Of a stretch of DNA of 32,962 nt, positions 22,914 through 32,311 are shown piece by piece. This DNA comes from Octopus bimaculoides. Lineage: Eukaryota. The notes beneath the pieces were generated by a model. That model did not search any database and was not told the origin of the DNA. It worked only from the letters and a program-made list of their open reading frames with translations. Made by a program: the position numbers and the translations under genes. The first letter of the stretch is position 1. The number at the start of each line of letters is the position of its first letter. The stretch spans positions 4,124,641-4,157,602 of the forward strand of contig NC_069001.1 in the NCBI RefSeq assembly GCF_001194135.2. The letters run 5' to 3'.

Positions 22914-23122
22914 TTGATTATTATTATTATTGAGTGAGAGAACAGTGCATGTCATCAAAGTGACACTGGGGTAAAATATACGAAGCCCAGTATACCCAAC
23001 ATGACTACCTGTCTGATAAGGCTACACCAGGCACATTAATCACAGCCTATGTACATGACATGGCGATCTCCTATCAAGATAAACAGCACATGACATTGCA
23101 GGTGGGGTCCAGTTAGAACTTT
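22914..23122 (-). mobile_element. Interspersed SINE-like repeat fragment with (AAT)n tail
   Basis: (ATT)n then GAGTGAGAGA-CAGTGCATG-CATCAAAGTGACACTGGGG...GCAGGTGGGG-CCAGTTAGAA. Recognised from memory as a common octopus repeat; only one copy in this window. Confidence 0.5.
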
Positions 23123-23124
23123 TT

Positions 23125-23457
23125 TCAGTTCAAAACTTATGAAAACAAGACATTTGTACTACAGAGCCAGAAGCAGTTTCAGCCAGGTTGGTAGTGAAAG
23201 GGTTAAGAATTGTTTCTCTATTATATATTTTAACCCTTTTGTTACCATATTTCTGTTGAGATGCTCTGTGTTTCCTTCAATTACTTTTAAATATAAAAAA
23301 GAATTTAGTAAAATAACTTAGTTATCATTCAGCTAGTGTTAGGAACATAAATTGTGACTAAGGTTTGATGGAAGATTTTAATTCAAAACTTATGAAAACA
23401 AAACATTTGTACTCAGAACCAGAAGCGGTTTCAGCCGGTTTGGTAACGAAAGGGCTA
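23125..23457 (+). mobile_element. piggyBac-like MITE family D: right-end fragment (23125-23206) plus full copy (23231-23457)
   Basis: The fragment ends AAAGGG|TTAA; the full copy runs TTAA|CCCTTTTGTTACC...GGTAACGAAAGGG|CTAG. Confidence 0.82.
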
Positions 23458-23809
23458 GACTTGTTTTTTTTAAAAGAAATCTACAAGTCTGTCTACGAGT
23501 GCTTGTGAATCAGTGATTGCATCTACAAATGATGGTGTGCACGAATCTAGTGCGAGTAGAAGTGATTCAAAAAACAATAATAATAATTTTTTCCGTTATG
23601 AATTATCTTGACATTCTTTTTACTTTACATAAAATAGTCTTTACATTCTATTGTTGTTTTGTTGCCATTTATTTACGAGTATTAGAAGTTTTATAGGGAA
23701 AATTATTTTATGGGAATGAATTATGATTTACGACATTGCTACTATGGGAAATTATTGCTCTGCTTTATGAGCGCCCTCTGCCAACAAATTAACTCATATA
23801 TTGAGACGT

Positions 23810-24200
23810 TATTCTTTTATTCTTTCTTTTACTTGTTTCAGTCATTTGACTGCGGCCATGCTGGAGCACCGCCTTTAGTCGAGCAAATCGACACCCAGGA
23901 CTTATTCTTTGTAAGCCTAGTACTTATTCTATCGATCTCTTTTGCCGAACCGCTAAGTTACGAGGACATAAACACACCAGCATTGGTTGTCAAGCAATGC
24001 TAGGGAGCACAAACACAGACACACACACACATAAATATACATATATACGATGGGCTTCTTTCAGTTTCCGTCTACTAAATCCACTCACAAGGCTTTGGTT
24101 GGCCCGAGGCTATAGTAGAAGACACTTGCCCAAGGTGCCACGCAGTGGGACTGAACCCGGACCCATGTGGCTGGTAAGCAAGCTACTTACCACACAGCCA
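23810..24200 (-). mobile_element. Near full-length, little-diverged SINE family A
   Basis: Minus strand: head TGGCTGTGTGG (A-box-like) and GGTTCAGTCCC (B-box-like), central microsatellite, 3' GGCGGTGCTCCAGCATGGCCGCAGTCAAATGACTGAAACAAGTAAAAG tail. Many CpGs are intact. Confidence 0.92.
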
Positions 24201-24319
24201 ACTTTTCATGAACCCTTAGAATACTGCTGTGGATCCCTGATTTACTATTTTCTTAGCATGGACCCTGGTTGAGAACCACTAAGCTAGTCCAACACCTCTG
24301 CTTAGCAACCATATCACCT

Positions 24320-24672
24320 CCATGGTTAAGAAGCTTGCCTTGAGGTTCAGTCCTGTGTATGACACTTTGGGTTTGGGGTTCAGTCCTACTATACAACAAG
24401 CATCTTTTATTACAACCCCAGGCTGACGAATGCCCTACGAGTGAATTTGAGAGGTAGAAACTGTGTGGAAGCCTGTTGTGTATATATAAATGTGTGAGGG
24501 TTTCTTGGGTTGTTTACATTCTCATAACTTAGTGGTTTGGCAAAAGAACCTGATAAAAATAAGTACCAGACTTGAAAAATGACATTACGTACTCATGTTA
24601 ATTTGTCAACTCAACTATTCGAGGCAGTGCTCCAGCATGGCCACGATCCAAAGACTGAAGCAAGTAAAAGGT
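24320..24672 (+). mobile_element. Older degraded SINE family A copy
   Basis: GGTTAAGAAGCTTGC...GGTTCAGTCC...AGAAACTG...GAAGCCTGTTGTGTAT...AATAAGTACCAG...GCAGTGCTCCAGCATGGCCAC...GACTGAAGCAAGTAAAAG. Confidence 0.75.
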
Positions 24673-24894
24673 TATAGAATATAAATATCTCAACAGTTTT
24701 GTTACAAAATTATAATATTTCTCGTTAATTAATCTCGGATTATACTGATTGTTTCACATTGTCTGGTACTCATATTATCGTACTTTATTTATCGAAGGCC
24801 TAAGTTTATCAGAGTTGTGTCCTTTTTTTTTTTTTGAGAATTACTTCCCTTTTACTGACTTTAATATTAGCTATTTACACCGGTATACACCGTA

Positions 24895-25060
24895 AAAAGC
24901 ACCCACTACACTCTTGGAGTGGTTGGCATTAGGAAGGGCATCCAGCTGTAGAAACTCTGCCAGATCAGATTAGAGCCTGGTGCAGCCTTCTGGCTCGCCA
25001 GTCCTCAGTCAAACCGTCCAACCCATGCCAGCATGGAAAACGGACATTAAACGACTATGA

Positions 25061-25065
<5 letters not shown>
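24895..25065 (+). mobile_element. RTE-tail-type SINE/LINE 3' end with (GAT)n tail
   Basis: CACTACACTCTTGGAGTGGTTGGCATTAGGAAGGGCATCCAGCTG...CCATGCCAGCATGGAAAACGGACATTAAACGACTATGATGAT. Confidence 0.85.
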
Positions 25066-25104
<39 letters not shown>

Positions 25105-25190
25105 GAGAATGTACAAAAAAACAACAGACGAGGACAGGTGGTGTAAATAACAAAAGGATGTATTAGTATGACGCTCAGGAATACGGAAAG

Positions 25191-25227
25191 TCTTTGACGT
25201 TTCGAGCTACGCTCTTCAACAGAAAGA
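25191..25227 (-). ncRNA. Minimal type I hammerhead-like motif (Penelope-like element remnant), variant core
   Basis: Minus strand UCUUU-CUGUUGA-A-GAGC GUA GCUC-GAAAC-GUC-AAAGA. 5-bp helix I, 4-bp helix II, ACGU palindrome at helix III, A6 replaced by U. Confidence 0.6.
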
Positions 25228-25394
25228 ATACGGAGATAAGGAGAAAAACACAGAGAAAAAAAAATTGAATAGTGTTCAGTTAACGGTCAATATATACATA
25301 TACACGCTAAGTATCTTCTATACTGAGAATCTATGGATTTCGTCTGTGGACTATATATGACAAAATGTGTATATAATTGTATAAATATCTGACA

Positions 25395-25475
25395 GTTTAT
25401 TATTATTGTTGTTGTTGTTGTTGCTGTTGTTATTATTTTGTAATATTTTATCACAACTTTTTTTTTTTTTTTTTT
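25395..25475. repeat. Representative simple repeats: (TAT)n(TGT)n and poly-T ahead of the terminal exon
   Basis: Visible directly. Similar microsatellites occur at about 3730-3795, 13750-13782, 19118-19190, 21298-21420, 26142-26225, 28790-28985, 29214-29238, 29398-29422 and 29560-29650. Confidence 0.95.
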
Positions 25476-25506
25476 NNNNNNNNNNTTTTTTTTTGTCTCT
25501 TTTCAG

Positions 25507-25979
25507 AAAAGTGTGAAAACACTATGCAGACTAAGATTGATAGAGAACTGGAACACCAATTTGAACAGGGCCAAGAACACAAACGTCTGAGCGGCAAACA
25601 CGGTCACACGGGGCTCGGATTCAAACCAGAAGAAGAAGAAACCCAGCAGGAGGCAGCACTGGTGTCAGCGGCAAAGAAGATGCGCAAGGACAACTCGTCC
25701 ACCACGGGCGGCGGCGGCGACAACAGCAGCAGCAACCAGTTCCCTGGCGAGGACGACGAGGATGACGAGGAGGAGGAAGAGGACGAAGAGGAGGAAGACG
25801 AGGAGGAAGATGAAGACAAGTCCCTGGATGGCGTCGACGACGAGGAGCTGAGTGACGAAGAGGAAGACGAGGAGGACGACGTAGAGGATGACATCAGCGA
25901 GGAGGACGAAGATGGGGATGGCGGTGGCAAAGTAGGATCGGATGCAAAAAAGGCCAGCGTTGTCGAGAAGGGCCATTAG
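25507..25979 (+). CDS. C11orf58: Terminal coding exon of the SMAP gene: C-terminal half of the domain plus Asp/Glu-rich acidic tail
   Basis: Long T-tract and ttgtctcttttcag acceptor (AG 25505-06), phase 1 entry. KCENTMQTKIDRELEHQFEQGQEHKRLSGKHGHTGLGF aligns with human [31 protein letters not shown] (from memory). D/E tract follows; stop TAG then TGA. GC content is sharply above the flanks. The acidic tail favours C11orf58 over the SMAP-domain paralogue KNOP1. Confidence 0.93.
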
Positions 25980-26101
25980 TGAAACATTGGATTTATATTT
26001 CCTAAAAACATTTTTACATTTCTTGTCATCTCATTTTCCATGTCCATGTCATCTGTGTCGTTTTTAACCAATGTCTGGTCAGTCATTCTTGGCTGACCAC
26101 A

Positions 26102-26107
26102 AATAAA
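26102..26107 (+). promoter_or_regulatory. Candidate polyadenylation signal of the SMAP gene
   Basis: First AATAAA after the stop, about 120 nt downstream. The hexamer is common in AT-rich DNA. Confidence 0.4.
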
Positions 26108-26138
26108 ACAATGTCATTAGTTAGTTGTATTTGCAATT

Positions 26139-26170
<32 letters not shown>

Positions 26171-26394
26171 TACACATATATATATATACACACACACACA
26201 TATATATATATATACACACACATATATGTTTTCACTTCACATTTCTATACACTCAATCCCTCTCTCTTTCTACATAGATATACATACATACATATATATG
26301 TATGTATATTACCTTATATATATATGTAATGTTTTCATTTCACATTTTTATACACCCCTAGCTCTATCTCTATATCTTTCTATAAATATTTACA

Positions 26395-27120
26395 TGGATA
26401 TCACACACTGGTTTCTCCTGCTATCATCCCTGCTCTTCCCTCTAAACAAACATAAATGATATCCTTAATATCACAGTGGGTTTTTTTTCTACTCTCTCAT
26501 ATCTCCTGATATCATACAGTGTTCTCTCCCCTGATATTACAGACACCCCCCTCCTTCCCATCCAGTATCAAACAGTGTATTTTCTCCCCCACCCCCACCC
26601 CGGATATCAAACAGTACCCTACATACACCCCTTCGTATCATATCACAAAGAGGTTTCTTTTTTTTTTTTAATATTATTATTTCCTTTCTTTGATATCTTC
26701 TAATATCATAGTACATTTCCCCACTGATATCACACGGCAGTTTTTATTTTCTCTTAATATCTTCCTCATATCAAAGAATAAACTCACCCCTCTCCTCTCC
26801 ATCCTTCCTTCTATATCACAATTTTTATTATTATTATTATTATTATAATTTTTTTTTTTTTACACATCTCCAATATCTTATGATATCACACAGTGTGTTT
26901 CTCCTTTGATATCTTTATAATATCACAGAGATATTTTCCTCTGATTTCACACTGTATTTTTCCCCCGCAAATATCACCTGATATCAGAGAGTGTTATTTT
27001 ATTTTGTTTTTGATCTGATATCTCAGCTAGTACCCTACATACCATACTGTTCGATATTCTTCACTGTTTCTCTGTTTTCCCAAAGCGAGATTCCACACGT
27101 GTTCTATCATTATCTGGTAT
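26395..27120. repeat. Cryptic degenerate repeat field with (G/A)ATATCA(C/T/A)A core and pyrimidine-rich spacers
   Basis: More than 20 recurrences of ATATC/GATATC, often followed by ACACAGTG-like and C/T-rich sequence. Confidence 0.7.
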
Positions 27121-27866
27121 TGATTTTATTTTTCATATTTCTTTCTTCCTTTCTTTCTTTTTTTTTTTTCTATAATTATTTTAGTTCTTCAAACAAAAAC
27201 ACAATAATAATTTGACAAATTTTGGGGTAAATACTCCATTCCTCTCCCTCCTCCCACCCAACCTCTACACTTCCATGTCTTTTATAAATTAAGTGAATTA
27301 TGATAATATTTGTTTATTGGACAAATAATTGAGAAATGTTTCATCTGAAATCATTTGCTTTCTCCTGCATCATTCATGTATGTGTTGTGTGTGAGTGAAA
27401 NNNNNNNNNNATATATATACACACACACACACATATATATATGTGTGTGTGTGTGTATATATGTGTGTGTGAGTGGGGTGTGCATATTGTATTTGATAAC
27501 ATGAAAGAAGCTTTGGTATATTTGGCTGCACCCAAATTTTCTGCAGTGCAAAGTCGGTGTCAGGGACAAAATTAGCTTACGGGTGGTTCATCTTGGTAAA
27601 TAGGAACTAGGGTGGTTTCAATGAGATATTTTTTGGGGGTAGTGGTGTCTTATATTGCCATGAAATACAGCATACATATGTTTGTATATATATTTACACA
27701 CATAAATATATATATATATATGGATGGATGGATGGATCCAAACAGTTTGATTCAAATTCATTGATACTCTTGAGTTTCAAACGTGATGCTAGTCGTCAGC
27801 CATTTGTGTATGTGTATATATATATATTAGATGAAAAGTGGTTATGAGTCCATACAAATCAAAAAT

Positions 27867-28103
27867 TATAGTTAAAGAAAGTAGATGAAGTTGGAAATGG
27901 CATGGAAGTATATTTTAGAGAATGTTTAATAAAACATTAGAGATATTAGAATTTGGAGGGGAGGGGTCAGAGAGAAAAAACAATTTTTAATATTTACCAT
28001 ATTTGATAAGATGGATACATTGAAACCGGTAATATTTTATTAAACATTCTCTAAAATATACTTCCGTGACTTTTCCAACTTCATTTTACTTTTTTTAACT
28101 ATA
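27867..28103. mobile_element. MITE with about 73-bp terminal inverted repeats, TA-flanked
   Basis: 27867-27939 (TATAGTTAAAGAAAGTAGATGAAGTTGGAAA...TAATAAAACATTA) is the near-perfect reverse complement of 28030-28103. The right end runs into (TA)n. Confidence 0.82.
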
Positions 28104-28237
28104 TATATATATATATATATGTGTGTGTTTGCGTCAAACTATATGTGCATACATATATATATATATATATATATATCCATACACACACATCAAGGCATAT
28201 GTATGTGTACCTATATATTCGTGTGTGTGTGTGTGTA

Positions 28238-28453
28238 TGGTGGGCCAAAAGTCATGCACAGAATAAGTTCACTACACTCCGGAATTGTCAAAGGCATGCT
28301 TCAAGTTTTCTGAAATTGAATAAAATAAATGAAATAATGGTGAATACACACCTACCTGCACATGATGAACAAAATGAATAATAATAACAACAATAATAAT
28401 AATAATATGAATAAAATGTCAAATATTTTGGTGCGTGACTTTTGGCTCCACTG
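28238..28453. mobile_element. Tc1-like MITE with about 23-bp TIRs
   Basis: TA|TGGTGGGCCAAAAGTCATGCAC versus the reverse complement of 28431-28453, CAGTGGAGCCAAAAGTCACGCAC. A CAGT terminus is typical of Tc1. Confidence 0.65.
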
Positions 28454-28496
28454 TTGGTTTCAACATATGAGGATCTAACAACCTGCACTTTCTTTG

Positions 28497-28788
28497 TCAA
28501 CCAGAATGCTTATGTCGTCGAATGTGACATTCGAGGCCCACCACCGATTTACAAAGAGGCCCGCAGATGTTGCAAGTATAAGGATTACGGGTCAGTGCAG
28601 GCGGTACTTTTGCAGCCGCTCTTCTCCTTTGTCTTGCAACCCATTCACATGTTAATGCTGGTTGAAACAGTCTCTTATACCCATTTTGACACGATGATCT
28701 CCATTCTGTTCACTCCAAGGCTGTTTGCTCAAAGCTGTTGTGAGCCAGCCACATTGACTGCTGAGAATTCACATTTCAGCTTGTCTTT
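28497..28788 (-). pseudogene. 3' end of an RTE-clade (BovB-like) LINE ORF2 with C-terminal C2H2 zinc finger
   Basis: Minus strand: KDKLK...(frameshift) FEQTALE*TEWRSSCQNG...ARQRRRAAAKVPPALTRNPYTCNICGPLCKSVVGLECHIRRHKHSG*. Matches the RTE tail pattern KD-LK...WE..A.DR..WR...CxxC(12)HxxxH. Not in the ORF track. Confidence 0.8.
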
Positions 28789-28859
28789 GTGTGTGTGTGT
28801 GTAAATATGTCGATATATGTGTGTGTATATGTATGTACATATGTGTGTGTGTGTGTCTA

Positions 28860-28914
<55 letters not shown>

Positions 28915-29389
28915 CTATCTCTCTCTATATATATATGTGTGTCTATCTATCTCTCTCTATATATACATATATATATATAGGTGTGTGTCCAGTTTAGAAG
29001 TATGTCCTTCAGAAATACATGGTCGGGTGGTGGTGGTAGTGGTTGGGTCATAGGGGTTTGAGGAATTCTTTCATGTATTTATTTTACGAAAAAAAAACTT
29101 TAAATCCAACTTCGCCTGAGAGGGTCAGGGGTAAGGGTTTGATGTCTTTTTATGCTCCAAACTTTTAATTCCATAATTCTTTGTTTCACCATAGCCAAAT
29201 AACTGCCCCTGACAACAACAACAACAACAACAACAACAATCTTTTGGTTTTCTTTTTAGTCTTATAAAAACGGTAGGAATCTCTTTGATACCAGTTCCTT
29301 CCTGTCAGGAATATCTTTTGAAAAGAAAAGAAATATTTTCATTGCTAAAACTTCTTCATTTGATACATGCATAGCTTAGAATCATTTTA

Positions 29390-29420
<31 letters not shown>

Positions 29421-29734
29421 TTGTTAATTAATTTGGATTATTTTAAAATTTGTTAATCATTTAGGTGCAAATGTTTTTGATGTAGAAAACATGAAATCTG
29501 CTATAAAAAAAAAAAAGTGGAATTTGAATTTTTGGAAATTATGATAATAAAATATTTCTAAAAGATTTATTAATAATAAGAATGATGATAAGTATAATGA
29601 TAATAATAATAATAATCAAAGTCATCATCCTCATCACCATCATCATCATTATTTCAATGTCTATTTTTCCATGCTTGCATGAGTTAGGTTTATTCCTAAA
29701 AGATTTAGAATTAATAAGAAGAAGAAAGGTTTCA

Positions 29735-29855
29735 AATTTTGGCACAAAGCCAGCAGTATTGTGAATGAAGTCAGTTACTTCTTTTATCAACCCTGAAATG
29801 ATGGAGACAAAGTCAACCATGGCATAATTTGAACTCAGAACATAAAGAGCTGGAA
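29735..29855 (-). mobile_element. SINE family B copy, CpG-decayed
   Basis: TTTGGCACAAAGCCAGCA...TTTTATCAACCC-GAAA-GATG-AGACAAAGTCAACCATGGCATAATTTGAACTCAGAACAT. Confidence 0.8.
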
Positions 29856-30242
29856 AATAATACTTATAATAATGGTTTCAAAATGATTTGAGGTCTAAGA
29901 GTGTTACATATGGCACATACATACAAACACATATATTCATACATACATATATATATATCGGCGCAGGTGTGGTTGTGTAGTAAGAAACATAAAAATTTAC
30001 TCCGATACATATTAAAAGTGTTTTCTCTAAGCCAACCACCTGGACCCATTTGTTCCCCACCTCTTTTTAGCTCCCTATTTCCTCACTTGATTCCATCAGT
30101 GTTCTATGTTGTACAGCCCTGCTTCCTGTCAGTTTGTCAACACATCATCACCAACTCACTGGACATTAACTGTCTCTCAAGTCATAAGAGTCATTGGGCT
30201 GGTTGCGCAGTTTCCATAGTGACCAGAATCACCAAAATATTG

Positions 30243-30286
<44 letters not shown>

Positions 30287-30329
30287 GTGCACATTTCAGC
30301 CACCCCACTACATGGGGCCTTGACCTATA

Positions 30330-30550
30330 GACTTCTACTACAGCCTTGGGCCAACCAAATCCTTGTGAGTGGATTTGGTTGATAGAAACTGAAAGAAGCC
30401 TGTCCTATGTGACTTTTATGTTTGGGTTTGTTTCTACCACTGCTTGACATCTGGTGTCGGTTTGTTTATGTCCCTTGTAACTTCAGCAAGAGGCTGATAG
30501 AATAAGTGCCAAACTTTAAAAAACTAATTACTGGTGGTAGGGAGTTCAAG
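30330..30550 (+). mobile_element. SINE family A middle/3' part truncated by a gap
   Basis: CTTCTACTACAGCCTTGGGCCAACCAAA-CCTTGTGAGTGGATTTGG...AACTGAAAGAAGCC...GATAGAATAAGT. Confidence 0.8.
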
Positions 30551-32139
30551 NNNNNNNNNNNNNNNNNNNNNNNNNNNNNNNNNNNNNNNNNNNNNNNNNN
30601 NNNNNNNNNNNNNNNNNNNNNNNNNNNNNNNNNNNNNNNNNNNNNNNNNNNNNNNNNNNNNNNNNNNNNNNNNNNNNNNNNNNNNNNNNNNNNNNNNNNN
30701 NNNNNNNNNNNNNNNNNNNNNNNNNNNNNNNNNNNNNNNNNNNNNNNNNNNNNNNNNNNNNNNNNNNNNNNNNNNNNNNNNNNNNNNNNNNNNNNNNNNN
30801 NNNNNNNNNNNNNNNNNNNNNNNNNNNNNNNNNNNNNNNNNNNNNNNNNNNNNNNNNNNNNNNNNNNNNNNNNNNNNNNNNNNNNNNNNNNNNNNNNNNN
30901 NNNNNNNNNNNNNNNNNNNNNNNNNNNNNNNNNNNNNNNNNNNNNNNNNNNNNNNNNNNNNNNNNNNNNNNNNNNNNNNNNNNNNNNNNNNNNNNNNNNN
31001 NNNNNNNNNNNNNNNNNNNNNNNNNNNNNNNNNNNNNNNNNNNNNNNNNNNNNNNNNNNNNNNNNNNNNNNNNNNNNNNNNNNNNNNNNNNNNNNNNNNN
31101 NNNNNNNNNNNNNNNNNNNNNNNNNNNNNNNNNNNNNNNNNNNNNNNNNNNNNNNNNNNNNNNNNNNNNNNNNNNNNNNNNNNNNNNNNNNNNNNNNNNN
31201 NNNNNNNNNNNNNNNNNNNNNNNNNTTTCTGACTTGCTAGAAATAGCAGCCAAATCACAAACCAATGACAACCCCCCCCCCCATGTGGGTTTCTGACTTG
31301 CTAGAACCCAGCAGCTAAATAGCCTTCAAATCAAATGAGCTAATGAAGGATAGGCAACGGGAAGGGCATCCAGCCATGGAAAAAAAATCTCTGTAAACTC
31401 CATCCAACCCATGGAAGAGTAGGTGTTAAAACAACGATCTGATAACTACAGCACTGTTTAACAAGTCTGCTCTATGGAACACCCCCAAAGAAAAAATATG
31501 AACGTGAAATGCTTGGCTCTTGGCAGTGGTGCAATAGAGGCCTGTGAGGAAGAAGAGATGTTTCACCTGTGTTGGAGGCTGTTTGAAGAAGAATTCTGTA
31601 AGCTTGCCAACTTCATAATATTTAAAGTTACTCTGCTGTTGAAGAATGTTCCTTCTGGAAAATAATGATGGGGGTGAGGTGGTGGAAACATCTTCCAGAA
31701 ACAGCTGATGTTGCTATCTACACATGCACATGTTTATGTATGTATATGAAGGAATTCATAAATGTACACACACACGCACAGAAGAAACAGTAAGCTACAT
31801 TCATACACTTTTTATATATAATACATATATATATATATATATATAGTATATATTTATGATATATAATATATATATATATTTTATCATTATTAATAAATCA
31901 CAGGGCAGCAAAAAATTTTAGAAATTTTATTTACTGCCAGTGGTCTAGCGAGAAGAAAATATTTAGTCAATAGACTATATATTATTCACAAAAATAGGGA
32001 TAATTTCGAAAGGGAATGAAAAATAAAAACATTTACCAGATTGTGGTATAGAGTTTTTTGCTGCTCTTTCTAGCGGGTTAGATGTCCTATTATAGGCATC
32101 TCTATTTTAAATGAATAATATATATATATATATATATAA

Positions 32140-32311
32140 AATATGTTAATTATCAATAATATAATGTAATATATTTATGAAGGGTTGCTGTAAAGTTCCT
32201 GGCTTTAAGGGTATCGCGAANNNNNNNNNNAATATGTTAATTATCAATAATATAATGTAATATATTTATGAAGGGTTGCTGTAAAGTTCCTGGCTTTAAG
32301 GGTATCGCGAA
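32140..32311. other. Assembly artefact: 81-bp identical duplication across a 10-N gap
   Basis: 32140-32220 is identical to 32231-32311, typical of an unmerged contig overlap. Confidence 0.88.

Larger units (their letters stand above)
1088..32230. other. Assembly gaps (N runs)
   Basis: 1088-1540, 2489-2918, 3896-4082, 7227-8187, 10455-10971, 20053-20490, 25476-25485, 27401-27410, 30551-31225, 32221-32230. Confidence 0.98.

Noticed and set aside
24140-24200. tRNA-like A/B boxes here and at about 9440-9495, 11815-11870 and 12860-12925
   Set aside because: These are SINE heads; no cloverleaf or acceptor stem, so no tRNA gene is called.
25377-25506. 5' part of ORF 25377-25979 (MYKYLTVYYYCCCC...)
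   Set aside because: Intronic microsatellite and polypyrimidine tract; the coding part starts at the acceptor, 25507.
25604-25976. Minus-strand poly-Ser ORF (25604-25930) and hydrophobic Leu/Val ORF (25665-25976)
   Set aside because: Antisense shadows of the GAG/GAC/GAA-rich SMAP exon; the + frame has homology and splice support.
29990-30240. Possible LINE remnant, and a similar unexplained stretch at 31440-31665
   Set aside because: No diagnostic protein motif recovered in any frame by eye; left unannotated.
1021-31271. Long ORFs in the track that are mostly X (1021-1590, 2421-3059, 7213-8575, 10369-11041, 19991-20655, 30506-31271)
   Set aside because: They are open only because N-runs contain no stop codons.
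32140-32311. Apparent tandem duplication of a mariner left end
   Set aside because: Exact 81-bp identity across a 10-N placeholder gap indicates an unmerged contig overlap.
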